Positions 12,925 to 25,410 of a stretch of DNA of 63,968 bases are shown piece after piece. The notes beneath the pieces are model-generated. The model did not search any database and had not been told where the DNA came from. It saw only the letters and a list, made by a program, of their open reading frames with translations. The first letter of the stretch is position 1. Every line of letters starts with the position of its first letter. Both the position numbers and the translations under genes were made by a program. The stretch comes from Paraspadella gotoi (lineage: Eukaryota > Animalia > Chaetognatha): the NCBI GenBank assembly GCA_051294375.1, contig CM119270.1, positions 3,157,436 through 3,221,403 of the forward strand. Direction: 5' to 3'.

Positions 12925-13736
12925 GGTCAAAGGCGAGATTTTTTTTTTTTTCGAAAAGGTTTTTAAATTATTGTCGGCAAATTAGGTTACTTTTGTTTTC
13001 AATGGGTAGAGATCTCTTTGAAGGAAAAAGCTTAATGGGACGGTCGGGGGGGTTGCAGATTAGGAAACATACACACAAAAAAATTAAAAATAACACCAAT
13101 AAAAAACAGTAAAACAACAGCGTTGATGAGGGTCAGCTTTAAAAACTAAAAAAACAAATGAGTAAAAAATATAGAACTGTTTAGGAACAGTTGTGGGGTT
13201 TAGAGAATTCAAAATAAACTTCACAACTATGTCATATATCCACGTTAACTACCTCTACCTTTGGATGTTGAAGTTAAGTGAAAAAATAAAGAAAAGTTAG
13301 CACAACTAAGTCTTTCAGAGGAGTTTTTGAGGAAGAACGTCATATAAATAACAAATAATATAAATAAAATAATTATTAGGAAACGATTAATCGTGATGAG
13401 TCTAAAACCTCGTCCTCAAATTACTCATAGTAAAGTCTGCTGGGGAAGACAACGCCGATCCAGTGGCCAATCGATTTCGCCGATTTCTATCCGACTTTTA
13501 ATTGACCAACGCTCAACCAAGGCTCACCATTAAAAAGAACAGCATAAGGAATGGTAGGAATCTTCGGACAAATCTATTGACCACTGAATCGGAAAAGTGT
13601 TTTCCATACTGCCTCAGCCCAAGTTCTCTTGAACACACTTTTCAAATTGATGATTCATGATTTTGTTTCTTCTGTTGCTACTCTATCATTAGCTAAGTCT
13701 TGGTTAACTGTTTTATCATCACGGATAAAGAATCCT

Positions 13737-16588
13737 TCAATCTTTCTTAATTCCTTCATTCACTGGTAGAGCAACAGCAGCATCTTGAACAGGGATGGTA
13801 TCAGCTGCCGCTTCCGATTCCGCCGGCATTGCGACCTCCGCCTCTTCTTGTTCATCTTCAGGACCATTTTCAATCAAGGCGGATCGATCCGGGTTGGCGT
13901 TCGCCGCGCCGCCGTTCCCATTACGGTCGCCGTCCTCCTCCGAATCACTGCTTTCGAAAAAGCGAAGGTCTCCTCGTGGTCGTTGATTCGAGACTATCTC
14001 GCCGTTCGTCACCAAGTCTTCGTAATGCTTGGAACTGGCATTGAAGGCCGCCTTGACTGTTCTGTAGTTGAAGGAGCGCGGATAGTCCAACATATCGAGC
14101 TTCCAAAGGGTCTTCAAGTCGCCCGCTATCGCAGCCGTAACGGTCGTGGTCAAAAACATTATCGGAACGATATACAGAAGAGCGGGTTGAGCAGAGCTCA
14201 TCGTCCTAAATTAAAAATAGAAAAAAAAGCTGAAAACGCCATGTCAAGACGACAAAGGCTTTGAATATGCTAGGTTGGACTATCGCTTACCAGAGACTAA
14301 TGATTGTTATTACGAGCGAGAAAGGGTAAGATAAAATCGTCGTCATTATATAGGTTTTGGGCTTGTTGACAACGTGTCCAACTAAGATCATGTAAGATCC
14401 TGTAAAACGCAGCCAATGAAAATAAGGTTTAAAGTTAATTAGTAAATACAGCAAAATTTTGCAGAAACGCCAATGTACCGAAAATGGCGGGGACGACGAC
14501 GTCGCCGAAACCGAGTAGACCGGCCATCTCCCGCTGGCCGCAAATGTTGCCGGTGGAAGGAAAGATGGCGGGGATCTTGAAGACGAAGGGCATGTCGTCG
14601 CCTTCGATTCCCCTCGCCACCGACTCCATCACGCTCTGCCCTTTGGTGATGAAAGGCGTCACGAAGACCATGAACACGTCGTAGACGAGCAGCATCGCGC
14701 ACGCGTACACGCAGGTGCGGAACCGCGTGATTCTCACGTCGTTGCACACGTGATAAACGAGGGAGAAACCGAGAAAGTTGTGCAGCGTCAGGATGACGAT
14801 CTTGTCGTGTCGATAAACGTACCAAGCGAATCCGATCAACAAAAACACGGCGCAGGCGACGAAGTGATGCAAGGGGCAAGAGCATCCGCAGCATTTACGA
14901 ACGCAGTTGTAGGGGCAGTAGGAGGTGAGGCGGACGCGGTGGGCGCACCAGCCCAGGCGATTCAGCAGCGGCCCGAAGAGAGTCAAGAGAGAAAGAGAGG
15001 AAAGGGCGAAGAGGACGAGAAAAATGGGAATGGCGATGGATTTGAAAAAGTAGATGAGAATGAGGAAAGAGGAGAGGATAGCGAAGACGAAGATGACGCC
15101 GAATATCTCGTAACGGGAATAGCGGCGCGGCTCCGCCACTTCCTCCACCTCTTCCTCGTCGGGCGAGTCCGTCCAATCCTCCAAGTTGCGCAAGGCTTGG
15201 CGGCGACGGAGGTAGCGGCGGACGGCGTGATCGAGGCGGTAAGCGTAGCTCTTTTGGTAGGCGGAGTAGGTGGCGAGTCCGCTGACGGTCGAAAATGGAA
15301 ACCAAGTTTCTTTTACAATATTATTTTTCATTTAAATTAAGGCGACTTGTTGAAAAAAATCATTCTTCAAAATATTTAAAGAAAATCCATATTTAATTAG
15401 ATTTCACAAAAAAATTTTTTTTTGCATGAGGCAAAGCAAAAAACAGGCTGACGCAACCAGTAGCAAATATTTGAAGACTTTGAAGATTTATCGAATTGGC
15501 CGCGCAAGACGATATGATTATTGCGAAATGCCAAAACCAACACTCTGACCCACCTGTTATAGGCCGCGGCCCACATGGAAACTGTGGCGATGAGCAACAA
15601 AGTGGCCCAGTTAACGATGTCCTCAAGAACGCCGAACCTGCGAATCCACGAGACCAGCGTGACGTTGGGGCCAACGAAGAGGTTGAGTGCTGACGCGGAG
15701 ATCTCAACGCTGGCGACGTCGATGTCATAGACTGACGAGAGGTTGGAGGGAGGCAGGTCGGTGTAGCCTGAACATAAAAATATACAAAGTAGTGTGGCGA
15801 ATACTAAATTCACCTCCCGTATAGTTTGGTGAAACTCAGCTTGTCCCATTGGCTTGGACAGCTAAGTACATCCAGCTGTCGGGAGATGCCTCACACCCCG
15901 GGCATCACACATGTGTCCCCGTTGCCATAGTAGCTAATTTATTCGTAAAATTTAAAATGAGATTGAATCTAAATCTCATTTGTGCGTAAATAATTTCAGT
16001 TTCACTTTGGCTTTGTTTTTTAACTTCCACCCATGAAAATTATTTAGCAAGAGTCCAACCTCTCCCCCTACCTTGGCAAAGATCTTCCAATTCGGGCAAC
16101 GTCTCCACCTTCGTCGCGTTCTCCTCCACGACCCAAATGAAGCCGACGGCGCCGTTCGACGACACCACCGCCGCTTTGGTCGGATATTCGCAGCATCGCG
16201 GACACAGCGTCGTGTTTCCGTCCGTCCAGCACCGCGCCGTCTGGACGACGAACTTGTTAGTCAAGTTTCCTTCCGGCGCCGGAAATGGTTGGAGAGTCTC
16301 GGCATCGACGCATCCGGCTCTGATGTCGGAGACGATCGCGACGTCGCGGAATTCTTTTTGGCTTGGCAGAGTCGTAGGGAGGTCGAGGGCGAGCCGGAAT
16401 CTGATTGTACGAGACGGCGACTCGCCGGCGGAAGAGTTGAGCCTGAAATCTTGGACGCCGGTGGCGCAGATGTTCACGGCGTCGGTGAGGTCGGCTTTTG
16501 TGGAAGAGGTCAGATAGTTGAAGTAGGTGGTGGCGTCGCAGAGGCCCGACCAAGAGGCGATGATCGCGACGAATATGATGATCGACAT
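13737..16588 (-). CDS. SPPL2: Signal peptide peptidase-like 2 family GxGD aspartyl intramembrane protease
   Basis: Signal peptide (MSIIIFVAIIASWSGLCDA), PA-like luminal domain, catalytic YD (VYDVFMVFVTP), GFGD (LLGFGDVVVP) and QPALLYIVP motifs; five exons join in frame. Confidence 0.9.
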
Positions 16589-16942
16589 CGTCTTCTTGGG
16601 TTTTAAGTTTGAAGAGGCTTTTCCTAACGTCTGCTTATCATTTCAGGTTTAATTTTAATTTTCGTTGACTTAAAATTAAGACAAAAATGAAAATAAGCGG
16701 AAAAAATTTGGTATTAAAAAGCAAATAATTTATTTTATATTTATGAAGATTTTAGTTTTAAATTGCGTACTGAGAGAAACTGCGCAACAAGTTGGCTTCG
16801 AAACGTTAACTGGAAAATCGTCAATACTTCCGACATCGCAAAATAAACCTGGAATTATACTCCGACATAAAAAAAATACAAAATAACTAAATCATAGCTG
16901 GAATGGGTGGTTTTTGATGGGGTTTTAAGTCTGTTTCTGTTT

Positions 16943-17663
16943 CTACCGTTGCGTGACTTTGATGGGGCTGATGGAACCGAAACTGTCGCCTGCGCTGAAG
17001 GAAGTCGCCCCCGCGGCGCCGATCAGATGCGATATTTCCGTCGGTGGCGCGAGCGGGGTCACCGACGCGCCGCGGACGTCCTCCGCGCCGTCTTTGACGG
17101 GCGTTGACGTGTTGCCGGGCCACGGGTCGAGCGAGGTTCGCGATGAGGCGTGGAAAACCTGCGCCGCCGAGTTAAGTGGAGACAATCCTCGCCAAAAATT
17201 GTGCGTGGATGAGTTTCTTGATGCGGCGGCGGCGCCGTTGGGGAATCCGTCGATTTTAGAAGAAAACGACGAGGAAGAGGCCCCAATTAAGGGTTTCCCA
17301 GTCGAAGCGGCGCCAAGGGCGTAGCCGGAAGAGCCGCCCAAAACCGTCGAGACCCCTGCCAACCCGGAACTGACGCCGGCGAGCTGTCGGGACGCCGCGG
17401 CGCCGCCGACGCGGGCCGCCCAGTCATCTTTGAAAGCGTGGATGGTAAGGTCAGCGACGACGGAGCGAAGTCGATCGTGAACGTGAGCCAGGACCATCTG
17501 TTCATTGGCGTCGCGTCGGATGCGCACGTGAAGGGAGCCGGCCAAACGACCGAAGGAGATCGTCCAGAAGTGTTCGTGGCGAAACTCCAAGACCCCGTCC
17601 AGGGTGGAGGCTTCTCGAAGGCATTTGTCCAATTGGCCGATCACGTGCGGGGGAATCGTCTGG

Positions 17664-17724
<61 letters not shown>

Positions 17725-18851
17725 TAAAAAAATTGAGAGATAAATTATAAAACAAAAAGGAACCTGTAGCAATATCTTTCCCGCGTAGGCGGACATGGGA
17801 AACATGGTGCCGAAAAACATGACGGCGAAGAGGATGGCAGTCCAGGCGTCGACGGCATGGGAGTTATCGAGATCCAGCAGGGCGTCGCTGAGAATGACGA
17901 AACCGAACCCCGCCCACCCAATGAGCACGAGCGGATTGAGGCGCGGGAGGAGAAGACGGGATAATCCGGGCATCACGTGACACAGAGACTGGCTCAGGTC
18001 CGCCACCTGTTCCTGCAGCCAGGACGAAGAGGCGGCTTCGATCACGTGATTGAATATGGCGTAAGAAGAGCAGTGCCAGTAAGTGATCACGAGGTGGACG
18101 ACGAAGGCGACCACACCGCCTACCAACATCTCCGCGCTGTGAACGACCACGTGATCGGAGGCGAAGAGGCGCTCCACGGATTCTGGACAAAATACAATTA
18201 ATATTTGATTCCAAAAAAAAAAAAACCCCACAAATTAATGTCTCAAACTTACCCTTGATAGAAAACAAGCATCCGAGCTGAGCCAAGGTAGTTGAAGCGA
18301 AGACGGCCAGAACCTCGAACCGCTCGAACCCGAAAGAGTAGCAGGGGGTCGGCTGCTGTCGTTGCACCCAGAGCGAGATCATGCAGGTGAGGAGGGCGAA
18401 GGAGTCGAAAACGGCGAGGTAAGTGAATGCCGCGAGGGACATGGAGTTGGTGCGGTGGCAAAAGAGGACGAGGAGAAACACCTTTAGGAAATTTAAAGAA
18501 TTTAACAGAAATTTAAAAGAATTTAACAGAAATTTAAAAGAATTTAACAGAAAAGGTCATTTAACCATTTACCGTAGCCATGTTGACGAGGCCAAGAAGA
18601 AGCAAGGACGAGGCCTCTCGCCGTCTGGTGAGTCGCACCAACTCGTCGACGAAGAGCTTGACGCCAGAACGGCGGAAAGTCTTGACTTTCTTGAAGGAGG
18701 CGTGGTCATCCTTTTCCGAAGTGGGTCGGGTGGGGGAGTCTAAGAGCGGGGTGTCGATCAGCACGTCGGTGGAATGATGAGAGTGGTGGGGATGGTGGGT
18801 GTGGGAGTGACAGTGACTGGCCGACCCCACCGAGTGAACGTGACTAGTCAT
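16943..18851 (-). CDS. SLC30A6: Zinc transporter ZnT6 (CDF family)
   Basis: TNSMSLAAFTYLAVFD, YSFGFERFEVLAVFAST.LAQLG, AASSSWLQEQVADLSQSLC, GKILLQTIPPHVIGQLDKCLREASTLDGVLEFRHEHFWT and GSLHVRIRRDANEQMVLAHV are ZnT6-type strings. Confidence 0.93.
18489..18552. repeat. 21-bp tandem repeat (x3) in ZnT6 intron 1
   Basis: aaatttaaaagaatttaacag repeated three times. Confidence 0.85.
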
Positions 18852-19084
18852 TGTTACTGTTACTATTAAAAACAACTGTAAAGAATGTCGGTGGGAAATA
18901 TTGTAGTACGTAAATATACCACAAATAATAAAATTCTCTTAACTTTTTGAAAATAAAGTTCAAACGAATACTAACCAACAACTAGTAAAGATTTATTTGG
19001 AGAATAATAACTAAACTGTTTGAGGTTAAATGGATTGAAAGAAAGTTCTTAAATTTGACGGCATTATCCATCAACGTAATCAAT

Positions 19085-20154
19085 TTAATCAAGAAGTGCA
19101 CTGAGGAGGCTCATGAATATATCGGGAGACTGACGTCCCAAGAGAATCCATCCTCTGGTCTTTTTCACGGCCGAAGCGTTCGCCTTCATGAATGAAGCGC
19201 ATTTCTCGGTCAACAACTGGCAATTGAACAAAACTGATTTGAGGTAACACATGCAGACGTTGTCTATCCCGATCAACGGTTCCATTCTAGAGGCGCAATC
19301 CTCCACCAACGCCGAAAGACCGTACTCGTGAGCTTTGGGGAGCACGTCGGGAGCCAAGACCGCATTCTGGTCCGTCAACAAACACCCACCGTAGAGGAAA
19401 TATAGAATGACCTTGAAAGCTTCGGCGCTAACGTCGCCAATGGGTACGTTGCTCGATTTCGTTTCCATCATGGCCGAGCGAAACATGAGCTCGAAATAAG
19501 GACACCTCGCGGTTAAAATGGCACGATGAGCGGGGATCTTTTCTTCCTCAACGAGAAACCAGACGTCGGCCATGGCGCCAGATTGGAGGAGCCTCAATAA
19601 ATCTAATTCGATGGGAGGGGGAGAGTTCTTCGGCTTTGGCTTTGGAATAACTGGATCTTCAATTTCGATCTCGAATCGATAGGCCGACTCCAGATTAAGA
19701 TCGGGAACTGAAATAGTTGTCTTCCCTTCGTCGCAAGAGCAGTCGATGAAATCTGTAGAATCCTCCATGTCATAAGCCCAACAGGTGGATCTTTTGAATT
19801 TGAAAGGAATAAAAACTTCGCAGGTTCCTTTCAAGTATTGACCTCGGCGAAAATAATGACGAGCGTCGTCATAATTTTGCGGAAAAATATCAATTTTGAC
19901 GTTACCCAGAAAGGTGTGTAATTCCACAGAGTGCGCTTCGATAAAAATTTGGGTAAATATCGAAAGGTTTAAAAAAAGCGACTTCGTTAGAAAGAGAGCG
20001 AGAGAGCGAAAAAGTACGTGAAAAAATGGTAGAAACTTTTACAATTCTCCGCCGAAAGAATCCTAAATCCGTTCGATAATTACCAATTATACTTACTGTA
20101 GTCACGCCAATGACGGTAGCATGGAACGAGATAATCCAAAACATAAACGGTCAT
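19085..20154 (-). CDS. BTB/POZ-domain protein (SPOP/TDPOZ-like), 2 exons
   Basis: ADVWFLVEEEKIPAHRAILTARCPYFELMF..VSAEAFKVILYFLYGG BTB signature plus BACK-like tail. Exon 1 MTVYVLDYLVPCYRHWRDY ends at A|GTAAGT and joins at gaag|CG in frame. Confidence 0.85.
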
Positions 20155-20334
20155 TTTAGTTTCCGTTGTTTTTAATCAATAATCTGAAGGTAAAAAAAAG
20201 CTAAAATAAGTCAGGGGTAAGATAGCTTTTTATATTGGTTGTACCCATTTCATAAGAAAACTAAAATAAATTTTGTAATATTATTTTCGATAAAAGTAAT
20301 CAAATAAATTCTGTAGTTAGTATACGTCCCACAA

Positions 20335-21794
20335 TCACAGGTTATAGGCTCGGGTATCAACGACGTTCAGAAACGTCAAAACGAAAAATTGTAAAATGAA
20401 GAAGAGAAAATTAATCCACATCAGATACAACAAAATTTCTTCGGCGTGGTCGGTCAAACAAGTTAAATCTTTAGAGGCCAACTCCTTGACGTTATCGGTC
20501 AAGTCTTCTTTCCACCAATCTTTGGTGAAGAAGCTTCCGTTTTTCGAGAGATTCTCGTAGACGCAATCCGCCCAAAGGGGAGACGATGAATTGCGGAGGG
20601 ACGTTTCCGCCATCCACGTCGTCTTCTCTTCGAATTGCGCTCGCTTCCACTCGGACATGGGCCAAGGAGGATCCGGCCAAACAAAGGCGGGCACCGACGC
20701 CTCCGCCTTTGCCTCCTCCCCAGCAAACGTCTTCACGCGAATGAACCACATCTGCGCGAGTAGGATCACCGCGCCCGTCATCAAGCAATGCAGCGCCAAA
20801 GAGGGCACGCCCACCAATATTCGGTTGGCGCGAGTCCTATTTCTCTTGCCCAGGTGCAAGGGTAGCGCCGTCAGCGCCATCTGTAAGTAGAGCAAGAGAC
20901 CCAAAACCAAAGCGCCGCCGTGAGTGACGGCTCCGAAAAAGGCGACGGCGGGCAGATGGGCCAGGAGTGCCAAGAGGCACCAAAAGGCGGCGCCGATGGC
21001 CAGCGCCGGGCGAAAGACGTTGGAGCAGTCGAAGAGATGGCGCCGCATGGGCGTGGAGACGACGTCGTCGAGTGCGTAGACGACGGTGAGAACGGCGCCG
21101 ATCGTCGACGTCGAGAGAGTGAAGAACTGGAGGCCGCCAAGGGCGTTCTGCTTGGCGGCGATGTAGAGTTGAAGACCGATTTGAGGGATGGCTTCGAGAG
21201 TCACCTCGATAGCTCTGAAATTAAAATAAATTACTAAACAAATAAAATTAATTTGCTTTTCGAATTTAGAGTTCGAAATACAGATTATGTAAAAAAAAAA
21301 AATGACAAGTAAATAAATCTATCTAATAATATAGTAATAATCTAGTAATATGTATGTAATCATGGACGAACTCCCATAAAGAAAACACTAACAAACCTTT
21401 GCCGACTTCCAATGCTTCCTACGGCTCCGGCGCCTTCCCCCTCGTACACCTCTCCCCCTGGCGCTTGCCACACGTCCCAACGCAGCTGCACCTTGGCCAG
21501 GCGCCTCATGATCCGCTCCAGACTCGAAACCAGCGGCGCCGCCAGGACAGAACACAAGAACAGCGCCACGTAACGAAAGGCGCCGACGAAGAAACGGCGC
21601 GCGAAAATGGCGCCAATGACGGAGTTAACGACGCCAGGGATGAGGAAGAAGGCGAGGGTGGCGGCGCCCCAATTGGGGTGGCCGAGTTTAAGCCAGAGAA
21701 CGCCGAGGGCAAGGTCTGAGTAAACGTCGAGCGAGTAAGTGATGAGGCCGAATAAGTTGGAGACGATCACGCAGACGGTGAACAGCCCCGACAT
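20335..21794 (-). CDS. XK-related (XKR) membrane protein / putative scramblase, 2 exons
   Basis: YSLDVYSDLALGV..W.AATLAFFLIPG N-terminal motif and EVTLEAIPQIGLQLYI (XK ExxPQxxLQ) motif; phase-2 GT-AG intron ~21215-21396. Confidence 0.8.
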
Positions 21795-22031
21795 TTCCCT
21801 TTTTTTAAAGTTTTAATGAGCAAGTTTAAAAGAGGAGCTATGAGCTCCGAGATTCAGTTATCACAGACATTGCTGCACTTAGTAAAGTATATATACATGT
21901 ATATTTATTCGAGTATGTGAATCTCGACATTTTGTGCTTTATGTTGATCTACATGGTAGATACTTTACACTACATTTTCATGTAGTTTCCTGCAAAATTA
22001 ACAATTTTAGTAACGGTCAATGAATTAAATA

Positions 22032-23365
22032 GGGTAGTGCGGGGTAATATCTAGGAAAGTGTCCCAGCGACATGCCGCATTTGGGGTAAAATGGATCACT
22101 TAATATATTATGTATATTTGTTTATAATATTACAGAAATTAATAACTAAAACCCTATTATTAAGTGCATAGAGCCTTTCTTTAATGTATTATGTATAAAA
22201 AATTGTAAATCTTATATTCTTAAGTGGGTAAAATTATTTTTAATACTATGTGCTCAGTTTTGCAAAAATATTGAATGTCAATAGATACAAAATTTGTTTA
22301 TATTTTTTAATGATGGTATTTTTGACAAAGTTTTTTATTTTTTTCCATTCCTGCATTTTGTCCCAAACTCTTTTTTTCAATTAATATTGGTTTTTGCCCC
22401 TTTTTTAATTTCCTTTTTTTTTCTTATTCTTTTTATTTATTTTTATTTAACTTTTTAAATTTAGTTTATTTTTTATTTCCTTTTCCAAACATTTTATTCA
22501 TATTATTTTTATATTAATTTTATCTTAATTTTTTCCTATACTTATTTTTTTACCATTAAATTAAATTAAATTAAATTCTATTCCAAACCTTTTGTAAATA
22601 AATACAATTTTTTTACTGTAATAGTATAATAAGTTTTTCTGCCTAATTATTTAACAAATGTTTCTAACTCTTATTTTTACTTAGTAAATTATCACTAACA
22701 CGTTATAAAAAGCATATGAGGTAACTTACTTACTATACTTACTTTATAGGTGTTCAGTTTTACCCCAATTTAATTGTAGCTATGTAAAAAATAATTGTAT
22801 TATTTTTTCGAAATAATCTATACAATAACTAAAAATTAGTAGTCTAATCTATCAGATATTAATATTACGTAGTCATATTACGTCAAATGAAGAAACAGTA
22901 ATTATTTTTAGGTGTTAGTGACAGAACCGTTCAATATAAGCAGTCCCTGAGCTGCGGATCAGGCTGTAACACCATGTTACAGGCGGGTTAAGCGCCCCGT
23001 CCATCTTAACTGCTAGGCGACCACCGGGTTAGAACCCCGGACCTTTGGGTTGGGAGGCGAATGACTTGCCTTCGGCACCAATGGTCGCTGATGAACGGTT
23101 GGTGGATTTTAGTCCACCATACAAATATGATTGTGACAGGCTTGAAAACGACTACTCAAAGAAGAATTTTGACTAGCAACTTTGAAATTGCTGCTGCAGC
23201 CGCTGAGGCAGCAGCCGAATGCTGTAACTTTAATAACGGAAGGTCAAGTTGGTGAAATATTAAACGCCCCTAAAAAATTATAAAATATCTGTACAAAATT
23301 TTTTTATTTCATTTTATATGTGAGTGTTCCGAATTACCCATGTTCGGAATTAACCCGCACTACCC
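22032..23365. mobile_element. Non-autonomous Tc1/mariner-pogo-like DNA element (TA target duplication) carrying a nested tRNA-derived repeat
   Basis: ta|GGGTAGTGCGGGGTAAT ... ATTAACCCGCACTACCC|ta; internal GGGGTAAAA/TTTTACCCC motifs; AT-rich interior without an ORF. Confidence 0.7.
22888..23123 (-). mobile_element. tRNA-derived SINE-like repeat, copy 1
   Basis: Near-identical reverse-complement copy at 57506-57741; 72-nt tRNA-like module at 23017-23088. Confidence 0.8.
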
Positions 23366-23404
23366 TAACAGTCAACAAATGCCTTATTATTTAAAAAAAA
23401 CAAG

Positions 23405-24520
23405 TCAAGAGTTTGATTTTGTTTTCTTTTTTCCCTCAACCATCTCTTTATTCTTCTTCTTCTTTTTCTTCTTCCCTTCTCCCTTTTTCTTCTTGACCGA
23501 CAAAGGGTTGGGGCCTTTGGCTTTCTTCTTCTTAACCCTCCTCAACGGATCTTCCTTGACGAGCCCTTCCCTCTTCTTCATCGCCTGTACGATCTTCAAT
23601 TCCGGATCCACCACGCCCAACGCCTCCTTGGTGGTCGCCTCCGCCGCCAACGCCACAGACTTGGCCGTCGGCTTCTCCAGCACCATCGTCGTCCCGTGGA
23701 AGAAGACGATAGGAACGCCGGCGATTCGGCGCGCCATCTCCGTCAGTTCGGGATCGACGGTGGAGAGGATGAACTTGCCGGGATTGCCCTGAAATTTGGA
23801 GATGTAAAAAATTTAAAAGGATCGGAATAAGAAACTGGGGGAAGGGGGCCTCGAGAAGGGGAAAATAAATTTATTATGAAAATCAGTTATTCGTTCAATA
23901 AACAACCTCTATTGCCCGTGACTTTGGACTGGCTATGGTTGGTTAAGGTGTCCAACCCGCTTAAAAGATAGTAACATAGGAAAACCCTGTAGACTTTCAA
24001 TCGAGACACACCACACTAGTTTTTGACTGCCCTATCAATGACATATGTTTTTCTCTCGTTTCATTTGGATAAAAGTGAAATTTTGAAATCTTTATAACCT
24101 TTTTCAAAATGCTGAGCAAACAGTGGGGAGCGGAAATAGGCTCGACGTGGCCGCAGGGTTTGACGGTAAACTGCCTCAGTACGCAGAGGTCTCCGTAAAC
24201 TGGCGTTCCAAGCATTTCCAGTTCCGCCACGCAACAGGCGGTGGTGAGGATCTGAAAGGTGTCGTCGGCGTCGTCACCGGCGTTCTTGGCCCCTGGAAGA
24301 TGTCGCGAGTTATTGTCACCGGGTTCCCGAGTTACCGTCTGACCTGTGCCAGCGGCGCCGCCCAAGTACTTTGGCAGTTCGTTGCGGATATTGACCTTGA
24401 CCTTAGAGCGGCGTGGCAAAACGTCCCGTCCACCAAAATCCGATACGGCGACGAGATTCCATAATTGTTTTTGTAAAAGTTTAAAATCTTTTTGGCGTTT
24501 CGAATTCGCTTGACTTTCAT
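23405..24520 (-). CDS. UTP23: rRNA-processing protein UTP23 (PIN domain), 2 exons, one apparent frameshift
   Basis: MKVKRIRNAKKILNFYKNNYG..PYRILVDGTFCHAAL, TTACCVAELEMLG, CGH..SAPHCL, GVPIVF and KAKGPNPLSVKKKK. The frame shifts at ~24400 (CTAAGG where CTAAAG is expected). Confidence 0.9.
23910..24005 (-). repeat. Short (~120 bp) interspersed repeat family, copy in UTP23 intron
   Basis: tgactttggactggctatggttggttaagg is the reverse complement of the ccttaaccaaccatagcc..tccaaagtca core seen at ~29655-29690 and ~41584-41615. Confidence 0.65.
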
Positions 24521-25410
24521 TGTTGGACTAAAAGTAAAATGAAACTCACTAAGTTTTGCATTCGCAACTACGTAACATTCCACAGAATAAAAATGAGATT
24601 AGGGGCAGAGAGGAAAAAAGTTTAAATTTAAGGAAGCAACACGAGACAAGCGAGACAAGCTTCACGATCAATCCGTTTCCTGCGATGAAAGCCATTGGAA
24701 AAAAAAAAATCGAAACTGAGCCCCATACGTGACGACTGACGAGCCTTGTGATGTGGGCCTTCCATGGCCGCGGTAAACTATTCGTCCTAACAGTCAATGG
24801 ACAAAGGATTTGAGAAAACGGAACCAAGGCGATGAGGGTCACGTGATCAAATCGTTCATTGGGTCAACCGTAGACGGGAGTCGAGATTCTCGTGTGAAGA
24901 GGAAAGAGATTGCGTGGGTGACCGTTAAGAGCAGAGGAGCCGGAAATTTAGTAATAAAAAATCTAATTACCATGACCCGAACGGCAAAAGAATGGGGGCT
25001 CAACAAAGAACTTGCCCTGAAACAGTTATCAGTATTAAATAGCTTCAATTGTATAAAGTTTTCGTCTTCTGTCAATACCGGGTTGCATTTTTTTTTTCCG
25101 ATGTCCGAACACTTTACAAGAAATACTCAAACCGACCATTTCTTTCATTTTCTTCAATAGCTATCACCAACTTAAAAAATCTACGAAATATCTTTCCTAA
25201 CTAATGTAAAAGAGAAAGAAAAAGTCCAAGAGGAAAATAAATAAATAACAAAAGAAAAAATATTTCAATTCAATGACAGAAAAATAAAAACACAGCAAGG
25301 CACTCTGGTTGTAAATGTAAAAAGCTCGTTTAAAAAAATGCAACAAAAATAAATCACTGATGGTCATCAAATAGGCATTTCATTCAAGCCATACATGCTT
25401 TAAGAAGGAT

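Noticed and set aside
12592-12930. Stand-alone eEF1B gene
   Set aside because: No acidic/GEF C-terminal exons follow; the exon splices in frame into ThrRS (subject to the gap caveat).
23088-23125. CTGATGA plus hairpin as another hammerhead
   Set aside because: No GAAA core after the hairpin; the same applies to CTGACGA at ~24736 and CCGATGAAGGC at ~30198.
24290-24345. In-frame small intron explaining the UTP23 insertion
   Set aside because: GT..AG is present, but the segment is open and GC-rich, so it cannot be distinguished from a coding insertion without RNA data.
24600-25030. Telomerase RNA
   Set aside because: No CTAACCCT or AACCTAAC template on either strand.
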